Notes: generated by a model from the sequence alone, not told the origin. A stretch of 64,000 bases of DNA from an uncultured Verrucomicrobiae bacterium (GCA_963782115.1 CAWAIK010000003.1:64001-128000), one strand, 5' to 3'; numbered from the stretch's first letter, positions 1-11,034 are shown. Numbers and translations: made by a program.

Positions 1-579
1 ATTCAGTCCGTTCTTCCGGCTGTAAGATCCGATGTGAAACAACAGTCCGGCAGCAGATTCGTCATTCCCTGGTTCTCTGTCCCGTTAGCCTTGGCGGCGA
101 CAATCGCCGTTATGCTCGGGCTGGTTTTCCTGAATCAAGGGGGGATGATTAATCACTCGCGCGGAAACGCGCTCGCACAGGACGTGATCTCCAGTCACGT
201 TCGCTCCTTGCTTGCCACTCACCTGCTCGATGTCCCCTCGACCGATCAGCATACGGTCAAACCCTGGTTCGACGGAAAGCTTAAATTCTCGCCACCCGTT
301 CGTGATTTTGCCGACCAAGGCTTCCGTTTGATCGGAGGTCGTCTGGATTATATCAATGGCCGGAAGGTAGCGGCACTGGTCTACCAGCGCAGACTACATA
401 TTATTAATTTGTTTATCTGGCCTTTGGAATCTGGCCTGAACACAGCCGCGGAAAGTTTCGCCCAGAACGGCTATAATGTTTTGCATTGGGAACGCGACGG
501 ATTCGCATTCTGGGCCGTTTCTGACGTCAGTGCGGGAGACCTAACGGCTTTTGCGAATCTGGCAATGACGCAGACTTAA
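1..579 (+). CDS. Transmembrane anti-sigma factor, 5' end outside the window
   Basis: Frame is open from base 1. A TM segment is followed by HVRSL...STDQHTVKPWFDGKL...GGRLDY, typical of anti-sigma factors paired with ECF sigma factors. Confidence 0.8.
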   Translation: MQSVLPAVRSDVKQQSGSRFVIPWFSVPLALAATIAVMLGLVFLNQGGMINHSRGNALAQDVISSHVRSLLATHLLDVPSTDQHTVKPWFDGKLKFSPPVRDFADQGFRLIGGRLDYINGRKVAALVYQRRLHIINLFIWPLESGLNTAAESFAQNGYNVLHWERDGFAFWAVSDVSAGDLTAFANLAMTQT

Positions 580-916
580 ACGCAGAGTCGCGGTGAATCA
601 GCGACACGTGATTGGCGCTCGTGTTCAGTTTCGAAGCAAGCGACCGTAGCTCCCGATCCGAAAAGCGACTTCCCATGGTTAACTTCTTTGCATGAGGGCT
701 CGGCGATACCTTTAAATTCGCAGTTCGCCATTTTCTAAGAGCTTACTGTGATATAAGGAATCCTGATTCTCTAACCGCCTGTCATACGGGAACATAGAAA
801 GCATTTGATAACGGCTGGGAATATATCAGGTGGTCGACCGGTTTAAAGAAGTTAAGGCGCATTCGTCGATCAGCACAACGCCTCCATAAAAGAATTAAAC
901 TCGGTAATCCAGAAAT

Positions 917-2173
917 ATGAATAAAGAAGAACACCTCTCTTTTCGAGTCTCGGCTGAGACACAAGACTCTTCCCAGGAATCGCAAGAAATTGAACCTGGC
1001 AATCGCGTCACCGTCGGGCGACGCTCCTTTATCAGGGGCCTAGGCATTGTCGGCGCGACGTTGCTGCCGGCGAGTGCATTATTGATGACCCAACGCAAAG
1101 CCCGGGCGCAGAGCAGTGGAAGCCTTACTAAAGGTGATGCGGATCTTCTCAGGTTCGCGGCATGGGTCGAGCTTGTAGAGAGCGATTTGTGGACGCAATA
1201 CAATGAGCTTGGGGGCGCTACCCAACCCAACGACGGACCACCCAACGTGGGAAATCCGCCGTACAAACTTGCGCTCCAAAATCTCGATGGCGATATGCCC
1301 CAGTATATTACCGACAATAATGATGATGAACTGAGTCACGCAGCTTTCCTGAATGCGTACTTGAGCTCCCATGGCGCAGAGGCGGTCAACCTTGATCGGT
1401 TCCGACATTTGCCGGGTAGTACGGCGACAGGGGTCGACAAACAGAAAAGTGGCAAACGGCTTACAAACCTGCTAAGCCTCAACGTGGACCTTAGTTGGTA
1501 TACTCGATACCGCAGCGAAGAGAACCCCGATTTAGGCGCTATCTTCAAGGGCCCGTTTAATATTTTGAATGAACCGGGCATTCCCTTAAACGACACCGAC
1601 ACTCCTCCCACAACGGTGGTTCCGTCGCCCTCGATTCCTGCGGGATCCCCTGCCCAACGTATCCAAGCGATCGCTAACACCGCGGGATTTCATTTCGCGT
1701 TCATCGAGCAGGGTGGCACGAGTCTTTATCCAACGCTTGCACTAAAGGCAACCAGTGATGAAGTTCTGCGAATTTTGCTAAGTATTGGCGGAGTCGAAAT
1801 AGACCACTTTTCGCTTTGGCATGACAAGGCGGGTAATGCAGTATCCCAACCGCTAGCCGGAGTGATCGATCCCGAAAACCCTAGCGGAGCAACGTTTCCG
1901 GATCTGAATGATCCCGCCACCCTGGCCCGCCTCAACTTACAGTTTGAGCTCACCCAGACCAACAAGATCCTGCCGGAGCCGTGCGATTTCCTTTTCAAAG
2001 AAGCACTGCCTCCCTGTTCCGTCATCCGCCCTACATCTACCGCGCTAGGGGGTGCGGTAGCTACCGTCCAGTCCTTCGCGGCCGACGGACTTTTCAATGG
2101 CCAACCGGAAAGTTTCTTTGATTTCGCAATGCGGCTGGCAACGGCAGCAGACAATGCCCAGCGCCAATTGTAG
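917..2173 (+). CDS. Ferritin-like domain protein with twin-arginine (Tat) signal
   Basis: GRRSFI twin-arginine motif plus hydrophobic stretch; ExxH-type metal ligands (DELSH, EIDH). Confidence 0.8.
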   Translation: MNKEEHLSFRVSAETQDSSQESQEIEPGNRVTVGRRSFIRGLGIVGATLLPASALLMTQRKARAQSSGSLTKGDADLLRFAAWVELVESDLWTQYNELGGATQPNDGPPNVGNPPYKLALQNLDGDMPQYITDNNDDELSHAAFLNAYLSSHGAEAVNLDRFRHLPGSTATGVDKQKSGKRLTNLLSLNVDLSWYTRYRSEENPDLGAIFKGPFNILNEPGIPLNDTDTPPTTVVPSPSIPAGSPAQRIQAIANTAGFHFAFIEQGGTSLYPTLALKATSDEVLRILLSIGGVEIDHFSLWHDKAGNAVSQPLAGVIDPENPSGATFPDLNDPATLARLNLQFELTQTNKILPEPCDFLFKEALPPCSVIRPTSTALGGAVATVQSFAADGLFNGQPESFFDFAMRLATAADNAQRQL

Positions 2174-2666
2174 TAGACCAGAGAGAGAAACATAAACGCG
2201 CCAGGAGGGTCAGACGCAGTAGATTCTCTACCCGGTTTGCGCCCTCCTGCAGCCACAATCATCGGTCTTACTTGGTCGTGCCCTAGGCGCAAGAGACGAT
2301 TTAGTTTAGAGCGATCGCAGGTGGGCTATGGAACTACTAGCCCGATTTGCAACTGAAAGTGTAGCGCTCATAATTCGGCAAACCGGCGCTAAAGTGGGGC
2401 CTACGAATTGCACGACTCACATCCCAATTCCAAGAGCGGGATACCGGATGCGCAGGCCCAGTAGGAGGTGCGACGAAACGGAGCATTCGCATTAAGAAAG
2501 ATTTAGCAATTTGGTCGGGCTGAAGGCTAGCGACTTGCAACAACGCACTTTATGGTCGCACCTTCACGCCATGCCGGGAAGGCTCTGCTGGCGATTCAGA
2601 CTTGGAGACTTCAATAAAAGGCCTTTCTAGTCTTCGAGTTACACCCCTGCGGCCTCTACCACGCTT

Positions 2667-4355
2667 ATGAATGTTCGTCTCAATAAAACCTCGACTTTCG
2701 CCGCACTGCGCAATCCGGTGTATCGGAAGCTCTGGTTTGCCATTTTGCTTTCCGGAACGTGCGTAGCGGCGCAGGACACGGCGGCCACCTGGACGATGAA
2801 CATGCTCGGTTCCTCGACATTTTTGCTGTCTCTGATATCAACAGTCGCATCCCTGCGCTTTTTCCTCTTTACTCTGCCGGCCGGGGCTCTCGCCGACATG
2901 GTTAACCGGCGGAAGCTCCTCTGCATCATGAATCTGTGGTTGGCAGGCGCGGCCGTATTGCTCGCGATCCTTGGTTCGTTCCAACTGTTGAGTCCCTATG
3001 TACTCCTGTTCTGCGTGTTTTTGATCGGTGTCGGCTTCGCGTTTCACGCCCCTGCATGGTCCGCGATCGTTCCGGACGTGGTTACCGACGAAGAGCTGCC
3101 TTCCGCCGCGACGCTCGGTGGGTTGCAATTGAATGTTTCGGGAATCATCGGTCCGGCGCTGGGCGGCGTTCTGCTATACTTTCTGGGTGCGAACTGGGTT
3201 TTTGCGGTGAACGCCCTCTGCTTCGTTGTGGTAATTCTCGCCCTGTTGCAACGGAAAGGGCCCGAAGCGGAATCAGCGTTCCCGGTGGAAAATTTCCTCG
3301 AATCATTTTCTACCGCCGTCCGATATGTTCGGTATTCGCCCGCGATTCAAGTGGTGCTGACCCGGAACATCCTTTTTGCTTTTTTTATCTCTGTTATACC
3401 GGCGCTGATACCCGTCATCGGGCTGAAGGAACTTCGCCTTCGACCCTGTAGCCTCGGTCTGCTGTTTACTTCCATGGGAGCCGGGTCGGTTCTCAGCGCA
3501 ATTTTCGTTCTGCCGCCGGCCAGGAAGAGGCTCTCTTCGAATACGCTCATCGTCATGGGAAATTTGCTTATTGTATTGGTTTATGTACTGATGGCATTTG
3601 TTCGCCAGAGAGCGCTTTTCCTCGTTGTCGCGGCGCTGGCCGGTGCGGGATGGACACTTTCAGCTTCTGAGCTCTGGGTTGCGGCGCAGCGAGCTATGCC
3701 AAGCTGGGCGCGAGGCCGCATGAACGCCACAGTCATCATGGTGTCGCAGGGCGCCATCGCTTTGGGAGGCATTGTCTGGGGCTTCTCTCGTCAGGCCGCC
3801 GGAGTTAACGTTACGCCGGTTGTAGCCGCGGTCGCGATGGCTGTCAGTCTTTTGCTGGCAATTCCTTTATCAATAAACTTTACGACATCGCTGAGCTTTG
3901 ATCCGCCTCCGATCAACTGCGTGATGATGCCTCTGGTTAATCATCCTCAACCTCGCGACGGACCGGTTGCGATAACGTTCGAAATTGAGGTCGACCGGAT
4001 GCGCGGACGTGAATTTCTTCGGCTGATGCGCGAGGTGCGTTTAATTCACCGCCGAAACGGCGCATTCGGTTGGCGTCTGGACGAGGATCTGACGCGCTCC
4101 AATATCTACCGCATCGAGATGATGGTTCCTTCTTGGACCGGATATCTGCTACAGCGCGATCGGCTCACCAAGGCAGAACAGGAGACGATCAATAAAGTTT
4201 GGCGCTTGCACGTCGGCGAAGACGTTCCTCAAGAACGCTATTATCTTTGCGTGAACAGGGAATTGGATGCGCGTCGCACAACGGTGGACACACCTTTGAG
4301 CATGCCCACAACCCCGCTGGATCTAAGTGCCCAAGAGCTACAGCGAACGTCGTGA
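2667..4355 (+). CDS. MFS transporter (transmembrane secretion effector / MFS_3 type) with C-terminal soluble domain
   Basis: About 12 hydrophobic segments; AGALADMVNRRK and RGRMNA MFS loop motifs; C-terminal GPVAITFEI...RRNGAFGW domain. Confidence 0.85.
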   Translation: MNVRLNKTSTFAALRNPVYRKLWFAILLSGTCVAAQDTAATWTMNMLGSSTFLLSLISTVASLRFFLFTLPAGALADMVNRRKLLCIMNLWLAGAAVLLAILGSFQLLSPYVLLFCVFLIGVGFAFHAPAWSAIVPDVVTDEELPSAATLGGLQLNVSGIIGPALGGVLLYFLGANWVFAVNALCFVVVILALLQRKGPEAESAFPVENFLESFSTAVRYVRYSPAIQVVLTRNILFAFFISVIPALIPVIGLKELRLRPCSLGLLFTSMGAGSVLSAIFVLPPARKRLSSNTLIVMGNLLIVLVYVLMAFVRQRALFLVVAALAGAGWTLSASELWVAAQRAMPSWARGRMNATVIMVSQGAIALGGIVWGFSRQAAGVNVTPVVAAVAMAVSLLLAIPLSINFTTSLSFDPPPINCVMMPLVNHPQPRDGPVAITFEIEVDRMRGREFLRLMREVRLIHRRNGAFGWRLDEDLTRSNIYRIEMMVPSWTGYLLQRDRLTKAEQETINKVWRLHVGEDVPQERYYLCVNRELDARRTTVDTPLSMPTTPLDLSAQELQRTS

Positions 4356-5130
4356 TCGGGGTCACCAGGGTCAGCACACGAAACGGACAATAGAGTACGT
4401 TACGCCTCGTAAAGGTGCGGCCATAGTTTGATGTTGCAAGTCGATCCTCTTCCCTCCCACGACCCCGCTAACTAGCTCTTTCTTAATGTGAATTTCCCAT
4501 TTTGTCGCATTGCCAGGTTCAGGAGGAAAACATTGCCGGTGAAAAACCCTACGCCCAGATCGCTATCGAGTATGCTAGCTCGCCTTCTACCGAACCACTT
4601 CATTCGCATTCCTGTCTTTCCTAAATCCGCGAAAACCGCGCCTGCCTGGCGCTCGGATACCAATTCGGCTATCGCGAGTCGCTCCTTTAACTTCCGTAAG
4701 CGGAAGCTCCAACATTCGGATTCTTACCGCAGCATGGGAGGGGCATAGCAACAAGGAAGAGAATTACCTTCCACATCATCCGGCGCGCGGATTGCAGTCT
4801 CCGGAACAAAACTACCGCCCTCTGGTAATCGTCTTGGGTGCAATGATGGTCGCCGGATTTCCGCTCAAGGCTACGGAAAAAATGTTCGGGAGAAAGTTGT
4901 GCCTGAGCCCGAAACAGAACGTCAAAAGACGGCAGCCGCTTTGGTTGATCGGAAAAGTAGTCTTCGTTATTTAAATCTCCAGAAGACATACCCTCACCAA
5001 CAAAAGGTCGCCACGGCCTAACATCTCGCCGATCAGGAGGAGAAAGTCGCTCAGGATGCGGGCGGGCGCAAAATGAGACATTTCGTTCGCTTGCGCACCA
5101 TGAGTCCATGAAGACATGATCGGATCCTTT

Positions 5131-5661
5131 CTAGTTTGTTGACAGATTAAAAATAGTGTGGGTGTAAAAGCTAATCCCGTTCCGGTCGGCTACCTTGCGT
5201 AGATAATCCAGTGTGGATGCGGCCGTGCCACGCTTCATTCCAGGTTGATCGAGCAGCGCGACCAGCGCGGATTTATTATCGGTGATTAACCCGGACCATC
5301 TTTCGATCCAATCTCTTGTCTGGACGGAAAGCGGAGCTTTGCGGTGCATTGAGAGAATCACGAAGTCTGCCTGTGCGGCGGCTTTCGCGGCCGCATTTCC
5401 AATCTCCGGAACTGCGAGCACCTCGAAGTTCCAAAGTTCCAAGCTAAAGTCGCATTCGTCAACGAGTTCCCGAATCACTCGATTGTAGAAATGCCTTGCC
5501 CGTTTGCCGGCTGCGCTGTCCTCGTAAATGATTGCTACCTTAAATTGCGGCCTGCCACCCAGGTCGGGCCCTGCGTAGGCATCCGTAGCTGATGAAAGTT
5601 TCAGGGCACTGTAGATTGTGCGCTTATCGGCAGCCAGATATTCCCTTCTCGATCCAGCCAC
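5131..5661 (-). CDS. Hypothetical protein
   Basis: 176-aa ORF with natural composition and alpha/beta patterning (FKVAIIYED, ADFVILSMH, ALVALLD); no family recognised. Confidence 0.55.
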   Translation of the reverse strand: MAGSRREYLAADKRTIYSALKLSSATDAYAGPDLGGRPQFKVAIIYEDSAAGKRARHFYNRVIRELVDECDFSLELWNFEVLAVPEIGNAAAKAAAQADFVILSMHRKAPLSVQTRDWIERWSGLITDNKSALVALLDQPGMKRGTAASTLDYLRKVADRNGISFYTHTIFNLSTN

Positions 5662-5932
5662 GATAACGCTCGGAGTTCTCCGGCCCGCGCCAAGTCCTCA
5701 ATTAGCCGCTGTGGTAGTCGAAACGTCTGCGGCACGAGCACTGGTGATGGAATTTCAATTTCGTCTGCAGGTTGCTGTACAACCGGGACCGACGCCGGTA
5801 TTTCTTGCTTTTCTGATCGACATTTCATAGAAATGAGTCGCGAATTGGAGGCATTTGAGTGGTATCTCACATTTTACGACAAAAAGAGGAGCATATCCTC
5901 ACACTAGCCTAGCCGCGCTCCGCACAGTGTGT

Positions 5933-6463
5933 TTATCCTCTTAGCTTGGTCGACAGCCCGTAAAATCGGTCCTCTTCCTTACCAGTTTTAATGACTTCTG
6001 CCAGCTCTTTTGCCAACTGTGGATTCAGCTTTTGGAGTGTCGCGAGATCGGCTTGAGCATCACTTTTGCGGCCCATCTCGGTGTAGAGAACGCCCCGATA
6101 CATATAGGCCTCGCTTAACTTAGGCTTGAGCTCGATTGCTGTGTTGTAGTGCTCGAGCGATTTCTGGTAGTTTGCCGCTCCTTGTTTCCTCAGCGTATAC
6201 CCAAGATTATTGTGAGCCTCCGCAAAACTTGGATTTTCTTTTACGGCCTGCTCAAACTTCGCCTGTGCTTCTGGGAATCTCTTTGCCAACATCAATTCAA
6301 CGCCCTGATTGTAGATCGTGATCGAGGGATCACTATCCTTTCGTACTGCCTGCTTTGCGCTCCCCGCTCCAACAGCTGGTAAAGCTGCCAGTATCATCAC
6401 GGCTACGAAGCCCATGCAGCGGCTAACGGCGAGGACTGCTGAGTCAGGTAAAATGCTTTTCAT
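5933..6463 (-). CDS. Secreted tetratricopeptide repeat protein
   Basis: Signal-peptide-like N-terminus; TPR motifs YNQGV...AEAHNNLG...EAYMYRG. Confidence 0.85.
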   Translation of the reverse strand: MKSILPDSAVLAVSRCMGFVAVMILAALPAVGAGSAKQAVRKDSDPSITIYNQGVELMLAKRFPEAQAKFEQAVKENPSFAEAHNNLGYTLRKQGAANYQKSLEHYNTAIELKPKLSEAYMYRGVLYTEMGRKSDAQADLATLQKLNPQLAKELAEVIKTGKEEDRFYGLSTKLRG

Positions 6464-6496
6464 AAAAGTCGGTTTTCGTAAATGAGTTTGATTCTT

Positions 6497-6718
6497 CTAA
6501 GTCTGCGGTCTCCGTTCTCTTTCATTTTTTTGTCCTACTGGTGCAGCAGGCCAGAGACATGGTGAGTGACTCTCCGTGTTATAAGTCTGTGGACCGATTT
6601 CTACATAGTCGGCTGACCGTTTATGTTGAGGCCTTGCGTCGAAGCTAGAGCATCCGGTAACTCCCGGCAAGCATACAGCCGACATAATCCCAAGTAATCG
6701 AGTTACGCTATTCTTCAC
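6497..6718 (-). CDS. Small putative lipoprotein
   Basis: GTG start 6 nt after AGAAGG; signal peptide ending VTG-C (lipobox-like). Confidence 0.45.
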   Translation of the reverse strand: MKNSVTRLLGIMSAVCLPGVTGCSSFDARPQHKRSADYVEIGPQTYNTESHSPCLWPAAPVGQKNERERRPQT

Positions 6719-6733
6719 GGCTTGCCTTCTCTT

Positions 6734-6752
6734 GACACTTGTCCAAAGTGTC
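6734..6752. promoter_or_regulatory. 7-5-7 inverted repeat, candidate operator
   Basis: GACACTT-gtcca-AAGTGTC just upstream of the 6718 start codon. Confidence 0.3.
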
Positions 6753-6794
6753 TGCCCGGCTGCAATGCACTAGACTTAACTCTGGAAACACCCA

Positions 6795-7802
6795 CAAACA
6801 GGGCAAAAATTCGGTGGGAGTCGCTCATCAGTATTGCAGGGCTGTCGGTAAGCAAGCCAATTGTCAGGTAAGCGTTGAATTGGTGGTCAGTGACGGTTTC
6901 GTGGCAGCGCCAGTGGGCGGGCGACTATACTTGCCGCAAAGCTGGATGGATGATCCCCAACGCTGCGCTAAGGCGGGGGTGCCTGCCGAGGTGGGATTTG
7001 CCACCAAAAATGAAATCGCCCTAACTTTGATCGAAGAGGCACTTGCCGATCAGGTCGTCCCTGCTCCAGTGCTGTTCGACGCGGCTTATGGCAACGGCTT
7101 TTGCCTTCCGCGCGCACCTGCGCGAACTCCACCTGGAGTTTTTCTTGCAGGTCACCCCTGAGCAACACAAAGGCTGGATACTAGAGGTGCCCACAACCCT
7201 CAAAGGTAAATACCGCATCGTGGACCAAGAGGAGCGCTCAGAACGCACGCAACCTTCTTGAGATTGCGGCTTCTCTACCGGCAGAGGCATGGAAGCATTG
7301 TTGGTGGAAAGCCGCTACGGGAGCAAGACAACATACCCGTATAGCCTGGCAAGAGGTTTTCCTTGCGCGCGGGCTTAAGGAACCACAAGGCCAGCTGGAA
7401 AAGCTTTGGTTGGTGGTCGACTGGCCCAAGGGCGCCAAAGAGCCTTACCATTGTTACCTGGCGCACTTCCATCGCGAGCCTTCCAAAGCGCTTTGCTTAA
7501 AGCTTAGCCGTTCGCGATGGCACGTGGAACAATATTTCCAACGTTCCAAAGATGACCTGGGTTTAGATCATTACGAGGGCCGCTCTTGGCGGGGCTTTCA
7601 TCACCATCTTGTGATGAGCGCGATCGCCTACCTCTTCATTCTGACAACCTACCTTGCGGCAAAAAAAAACTTCTGGTCTGACGTTGGAGAAGATCCTGGA
7701 AGCGATCCGGCCGTGGCTACTGAGATCGACCGGACGCTGCCCATATTGCCAATCGATATTTCCGGAAAAGATCGATGATTCTACTTAACAAAGTAATACT
7801 AG
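6795..7802 (+). mobile_element. IS701-family insertion sequence remnant (5'-truncated, frameshifted transposase)
   Basis: KQGKNSVGVAHQYC..GKQANCQV, DAAYG, RWHVEQYFQRSKDDLGLDHYEGRSWRGFHHH motifs; frameshifts near 7100 and 7240; right end TTAACAAAGTAATA followed by CTAG (7799-7802). Confidence 0.9.
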
Positions 7803-9634
7803 GAAGTGGCAATGGGATACGGAAGCGGACAATAACTGTGTGTGGCCGAGTGAGCCATTTCGGCCGTGTGACAGCCAAGGAGGACTAGGTCGAGGTCGCT
7901 ATTTGACATAGCCGGAAGCTGCTCGCGGCGCGGACTAAAAGTGGCTACATCTAAGACGTGGTCGTGGAAATTGCGCAGCCTTCTTCTATGGCCGACGCTA
8001 ACCACGGTAGGTCGCCATGACGCCCCGCGCAGCAGGCCATAGAGCTGCGCCTCTGAGGGCTCATCAAGCGCCGACGTTGCCTCGTCCAGGAATAGGAGCG
8101 CCGGCTCCACCAGCAGAATGCGGGCAAAGGCAAACCGTTGCTGTTCGCCGAGCGACAGGCGCTGAGACCAGTTTTCGATCATATCCAGTTCGCCCGCGAG
8201 CCTGCCAAGCCCTACCTCCTCGAGCACTGCAGCGAGCCGCGCCGTCGAGACACCGCATTTATCGCCACGTGGGTAGAGCAGCGCGCTGGCAAGAGTGCCG
8301 AGCGGCAGATAAGGCCGTTGCGGGACGAAGAGCATTCGCCCTTTGCCGAGCCTGATTTCGCCGCGGCCGAACGGCCAAATTCCGGCTATCGCTCGCAGCA
8401 GGGTACTCTTTCCCGCACCGGTCGGGCCCTCGATCAGCATCGCTTCGCCACGAGCCGACGCGAACTCAACGTCACGCAACAGTGAAGTGCCATCCGGCAG
8501 ATCGAGATCGATCTCTTTGACAGCAACGCCGATATTCCCCCGCCGAATATTGATCTGCCGCGCTGCACGCTTTGATTGATGGATTGCGAGCAGCTGCTGT
8601 TCGAAGCCGCTTAGCCGTTGCGTCACTGCCTGCCAGGCAGCGATATCGGTGTAGGCGTTAATGATAAAGGAGAGCGAGTTCTGAACGAAGGAGAACGCAT
8701 TGACCACCTGCATCAGGCCACCCCATCCGATCTGCTTCGCGAAGTAACGTGGTGAAACGATCACCAGGGGGAAGATGAGCGCCGCTTGGGTATAGCCCAA
8801 GGTAAAGCCAGTAAGGCGCCTTTGCCGCTTCATGATGTGGCGAAAATTCTCAAATACGCTGCGGAAGCACTCGTTGAAGACGCGAAGCTCGACCGGTTCG
8901 CCGCCGTAGAGAGCAACACTCTCCGCATTTTCCCGGAAGCGCACCAGGCTGAACCTGAAGTCGGCCTCGAAGCGCTGCCGGTCAACATTCAACCGCACCA
9001 ACGGCCGACCGATTTTGACCGTAAGCCAAGTACCGACACCGGCGTAGAATAATGCTGTCCAGACCAGATACGCAGGTATGTGTACTGTTCCCCACTTGCC
9101 GAGAGGGATCTCCGCCGGTCCGGAGAGCCCCCAGAGTATGACCAGAAAAGAAACCAAGGAGACGACTGAGGTAAGAAGACCAAGCGATAAGCTCAGCACG
9201 TAGGCGGTAAATTGGTTGAGGTCCTCCGCGATACGCTGGTCAGGGTTGTCGGTCGTATCCCGCAGCTGCAGCTGGTAGTAAGCGTGGTCAGCGAGCCAGG
9301 CGCCGAGAAATCTACGCGTCAGCCATCGCCGCCAGCGTATCTGCAGCATCTGGTTGAGGTAGAGGGCGTACACAGACATTGCAATGGCGAAAGCGACTAG
9401 GACGCAAAAGGTGCCGAGCTGGCGGAAGAGTTCACCGCTATCGAACGCCTGCAGTGCATTATAGAAGGCATTGTTCCATGCGTTGATGCGCACGCTGATG
9501 TAGACCTTGCCAAGATCGAGCGCGATTACGGCGAGCAGAAGCCCCCGGGCCGACCATTTCTCCTCCGATGTCCAATAAGGTTTCGCAAGGCGCCACGCGT
9601 CGCGCATTATCTGACGTCTTGCCGTGTCAATCAT
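7799..9634 (-). CDS. ABCD/YddA-type fused ABC transporter (permease plus ATPase)
   Basis: DNPDQRIAED, EADFRFSLVR..ENAESVALY, Walker A GPTGAGKS, signature LSLGEQQR, Walker B LDEATSALD; AGGAG RBS. Confidence 0.92.
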   Translation of the reverse strand: MIDTARRQIMRDAWRLAKPYWTSEEKWSARGLLLAVIALDLGKVYISVRINAWNNAFYNALQAFDSGELFRQLGTFCVLVAFAIAMSVYALYLNQMLQIRWRRWLTRRFLGAWLADHAYYQLQLRDTTDNPDQRIAEDLNQFTAYVLSLSLGLLTSVVSLVSFLVILWGLSGPAEIPLGKWGTVHIPAYLVWTALFYAGVGTWLTVKIGRPLVRLNVDRQRFEADFRFSLVRFRENAESVALYGGEPVELRVFNECFRSVFENFRHIMKRQRRLTGFTLGYTQAALIFPLVIVSPRYFAKQIGWGGLMQVVNAFSFVQNSLSFIINAYTDIAAWQAVTQRLSGFEQQLLAIHQSKRAARQINIRRGNIGVAVKEIDLDLPDGTSLLRDVEFASARGEAMLIEGPTGAGKSTLLRAIAGIWPFGRGEIRLGKGRMLFVPQRPYLPLGTLASALLYPRGDKCGVSTARLAAVLEEVGLGRLAGELDMIENWSQRLSLGEQQRFAFARILLVEPALLFLDEATSALDEPSEAQLYGLLRGASWRPTVVSVGHRRRLRNFHDHVLDVATFSPRREQLPAMSNSDLDLVLLGCHTAEMAHSATHSYCPLPYPIATS

Positions 9635-10635
9635 AGAAACTCCTTGCCGCGTTCACTGTTTTCCTTTGGTCGCGCTCGCGGCTATTTCCTTTTCGCAAGC
9701 TCGATATGCCTTTGCTTCGATGACGTAGTTGGAACCCTCATTTACTCAACCATTCGTATCGTACCCTGCACAAACCAGAGAAGCGAAGGACGCCCTGGAC
9801 CGCATCCTGAAAAACCGGTATTGAACCTGCTACCGGAATGCGACCGAAGAAATACTGCCATTCCATAAACGACTTCTTTCCCATTTCTTTAACATTCCGC
9901 AAATGCTCATTATTCCCACAGACGTTGGACCTAGATACTCGCATCGTCCTCTCTCCACAAGTTAGCCAGATAAAGTTTATTCCCTGTTTTCACAGTAGCT
10001 ATTTACGATGGACAGGTACCGCGGCCCGAGAGGTAATTGGCTCCGGTTCAAAGGGCTTAACCAGACAAACTGCTGTTCTACCTATAAATACTGCAGGAGA
10101 ACCGAATCTATTCCCGATGCCAATCGGCGGCCGGCGCCAATTGGGGTAAACTGTAATTAGATTACCCTTCCTTATTGCCACTCCGAATCACCTGCTAAAG
10201 CTCAGTAGGAAGCAGATGAGCGTAGCGCAAGAGGTCTCAACGGGCGCGAGAGAAAGACTTATCGCACGAGCTCAATTAATTGAACGGGAAACAGTTTCTT
10301 CTATTCCTAGCCTCTGATTTGCCCTCCTACGTAAGTTGTTCGGAGTGAACAGCTATCCCCGCTGTGACGACAAGCCGATTTCACTCGGAGGCAGCGATCT
10401 GAAGGCCCGCGCAGAGAAAGCGAGTAAAACTCCCCGGCCACGGATGCATGCGAACCTTTCATAACCGACAATCCCATGTCATTAGGGCGACAGCTAGTTT
10501 TGTCTCCTCCTCAGAGACTATCCCCTGCCCACTGTCAGCCAGCACAGGTCTTTATTAGGCCGTCATTCTGAGGAATGCTCGTAGGGAATAATTACCTTCC
10601 GCGCAGGGTATATATAAATAGAAAGTAGGTGTTAT

Positions 10636-11034
10636 ATGAAGTTACAGTATTTCTTCGTTTGTATTCTCGCGGCCGCTTCGTTGACGGTTTCGCCAGAGAT
10701 AGTTCTAGCACACGGGGGAGGCGGTAATGGCGGGGGAGGCGGAGGACACGCTTTTTTCGGTGGTGGTGGTCACGGATTGGGCGGTGGTCACGCATTTGGC
10801 GGATCCACCGGCCGCGGCTTTAGTCCGGGATTCAGCGGGACGCGGGGATTTTCTTCCGGTCGCGGAGATCACGGCCGCTTTGGTGACCGTGGTTTCCGTG
10901 GACGCGATCGCGACTTTCGCGGTCGTCGTTTTCGCCATTTTTATGGGGACTTCTTCGATTTCGGCTTCTATGGGTTCGGATATCCGGATTATTACCAGTA
11001 CAACTACCCGTATTACTACCCATACCCCTATTAG
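10636..11034 (+). CDS. Secreted glycine/arginine/tyrosine-rich low-complexity protein
   Basis: AGGT RBS, signal peptide ending VLA-H, poly-Gly, RG/RGF repeats, YYPYPY tail. Confidence 0.7.
   Translation: MKLQYFFVCILAAASLTVSPEIVLAHGGGGNGGGGGGHAFFGGGGHGLGGGHAFGGSTGRGFSPGFSGTRGFSSGRGDHGRFGDRGFRGRDRDFRGRRFRHFYGDFFDFGFYGFGYPDYYQYNYPYYYPYPY

Noticed and set aside
4400..5109. ORFs at 4488-4748 and 4687-5109
   Set aside because: No recognisable motifs or clear RBS; possibly decayed sequence.
6770..6790. CTAG as left target duplication of the IS701 element
   Set aside because: Adjacent bases do not match the right inverted repeat, and the transposase 5' part is missing.
9640..10630. Cobalamin or other riboswitch upstream of the ABCD-type transporter
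   Set aside because: I could not find the ordered core motifs on the minus strand; an Rfam scan would settle it.
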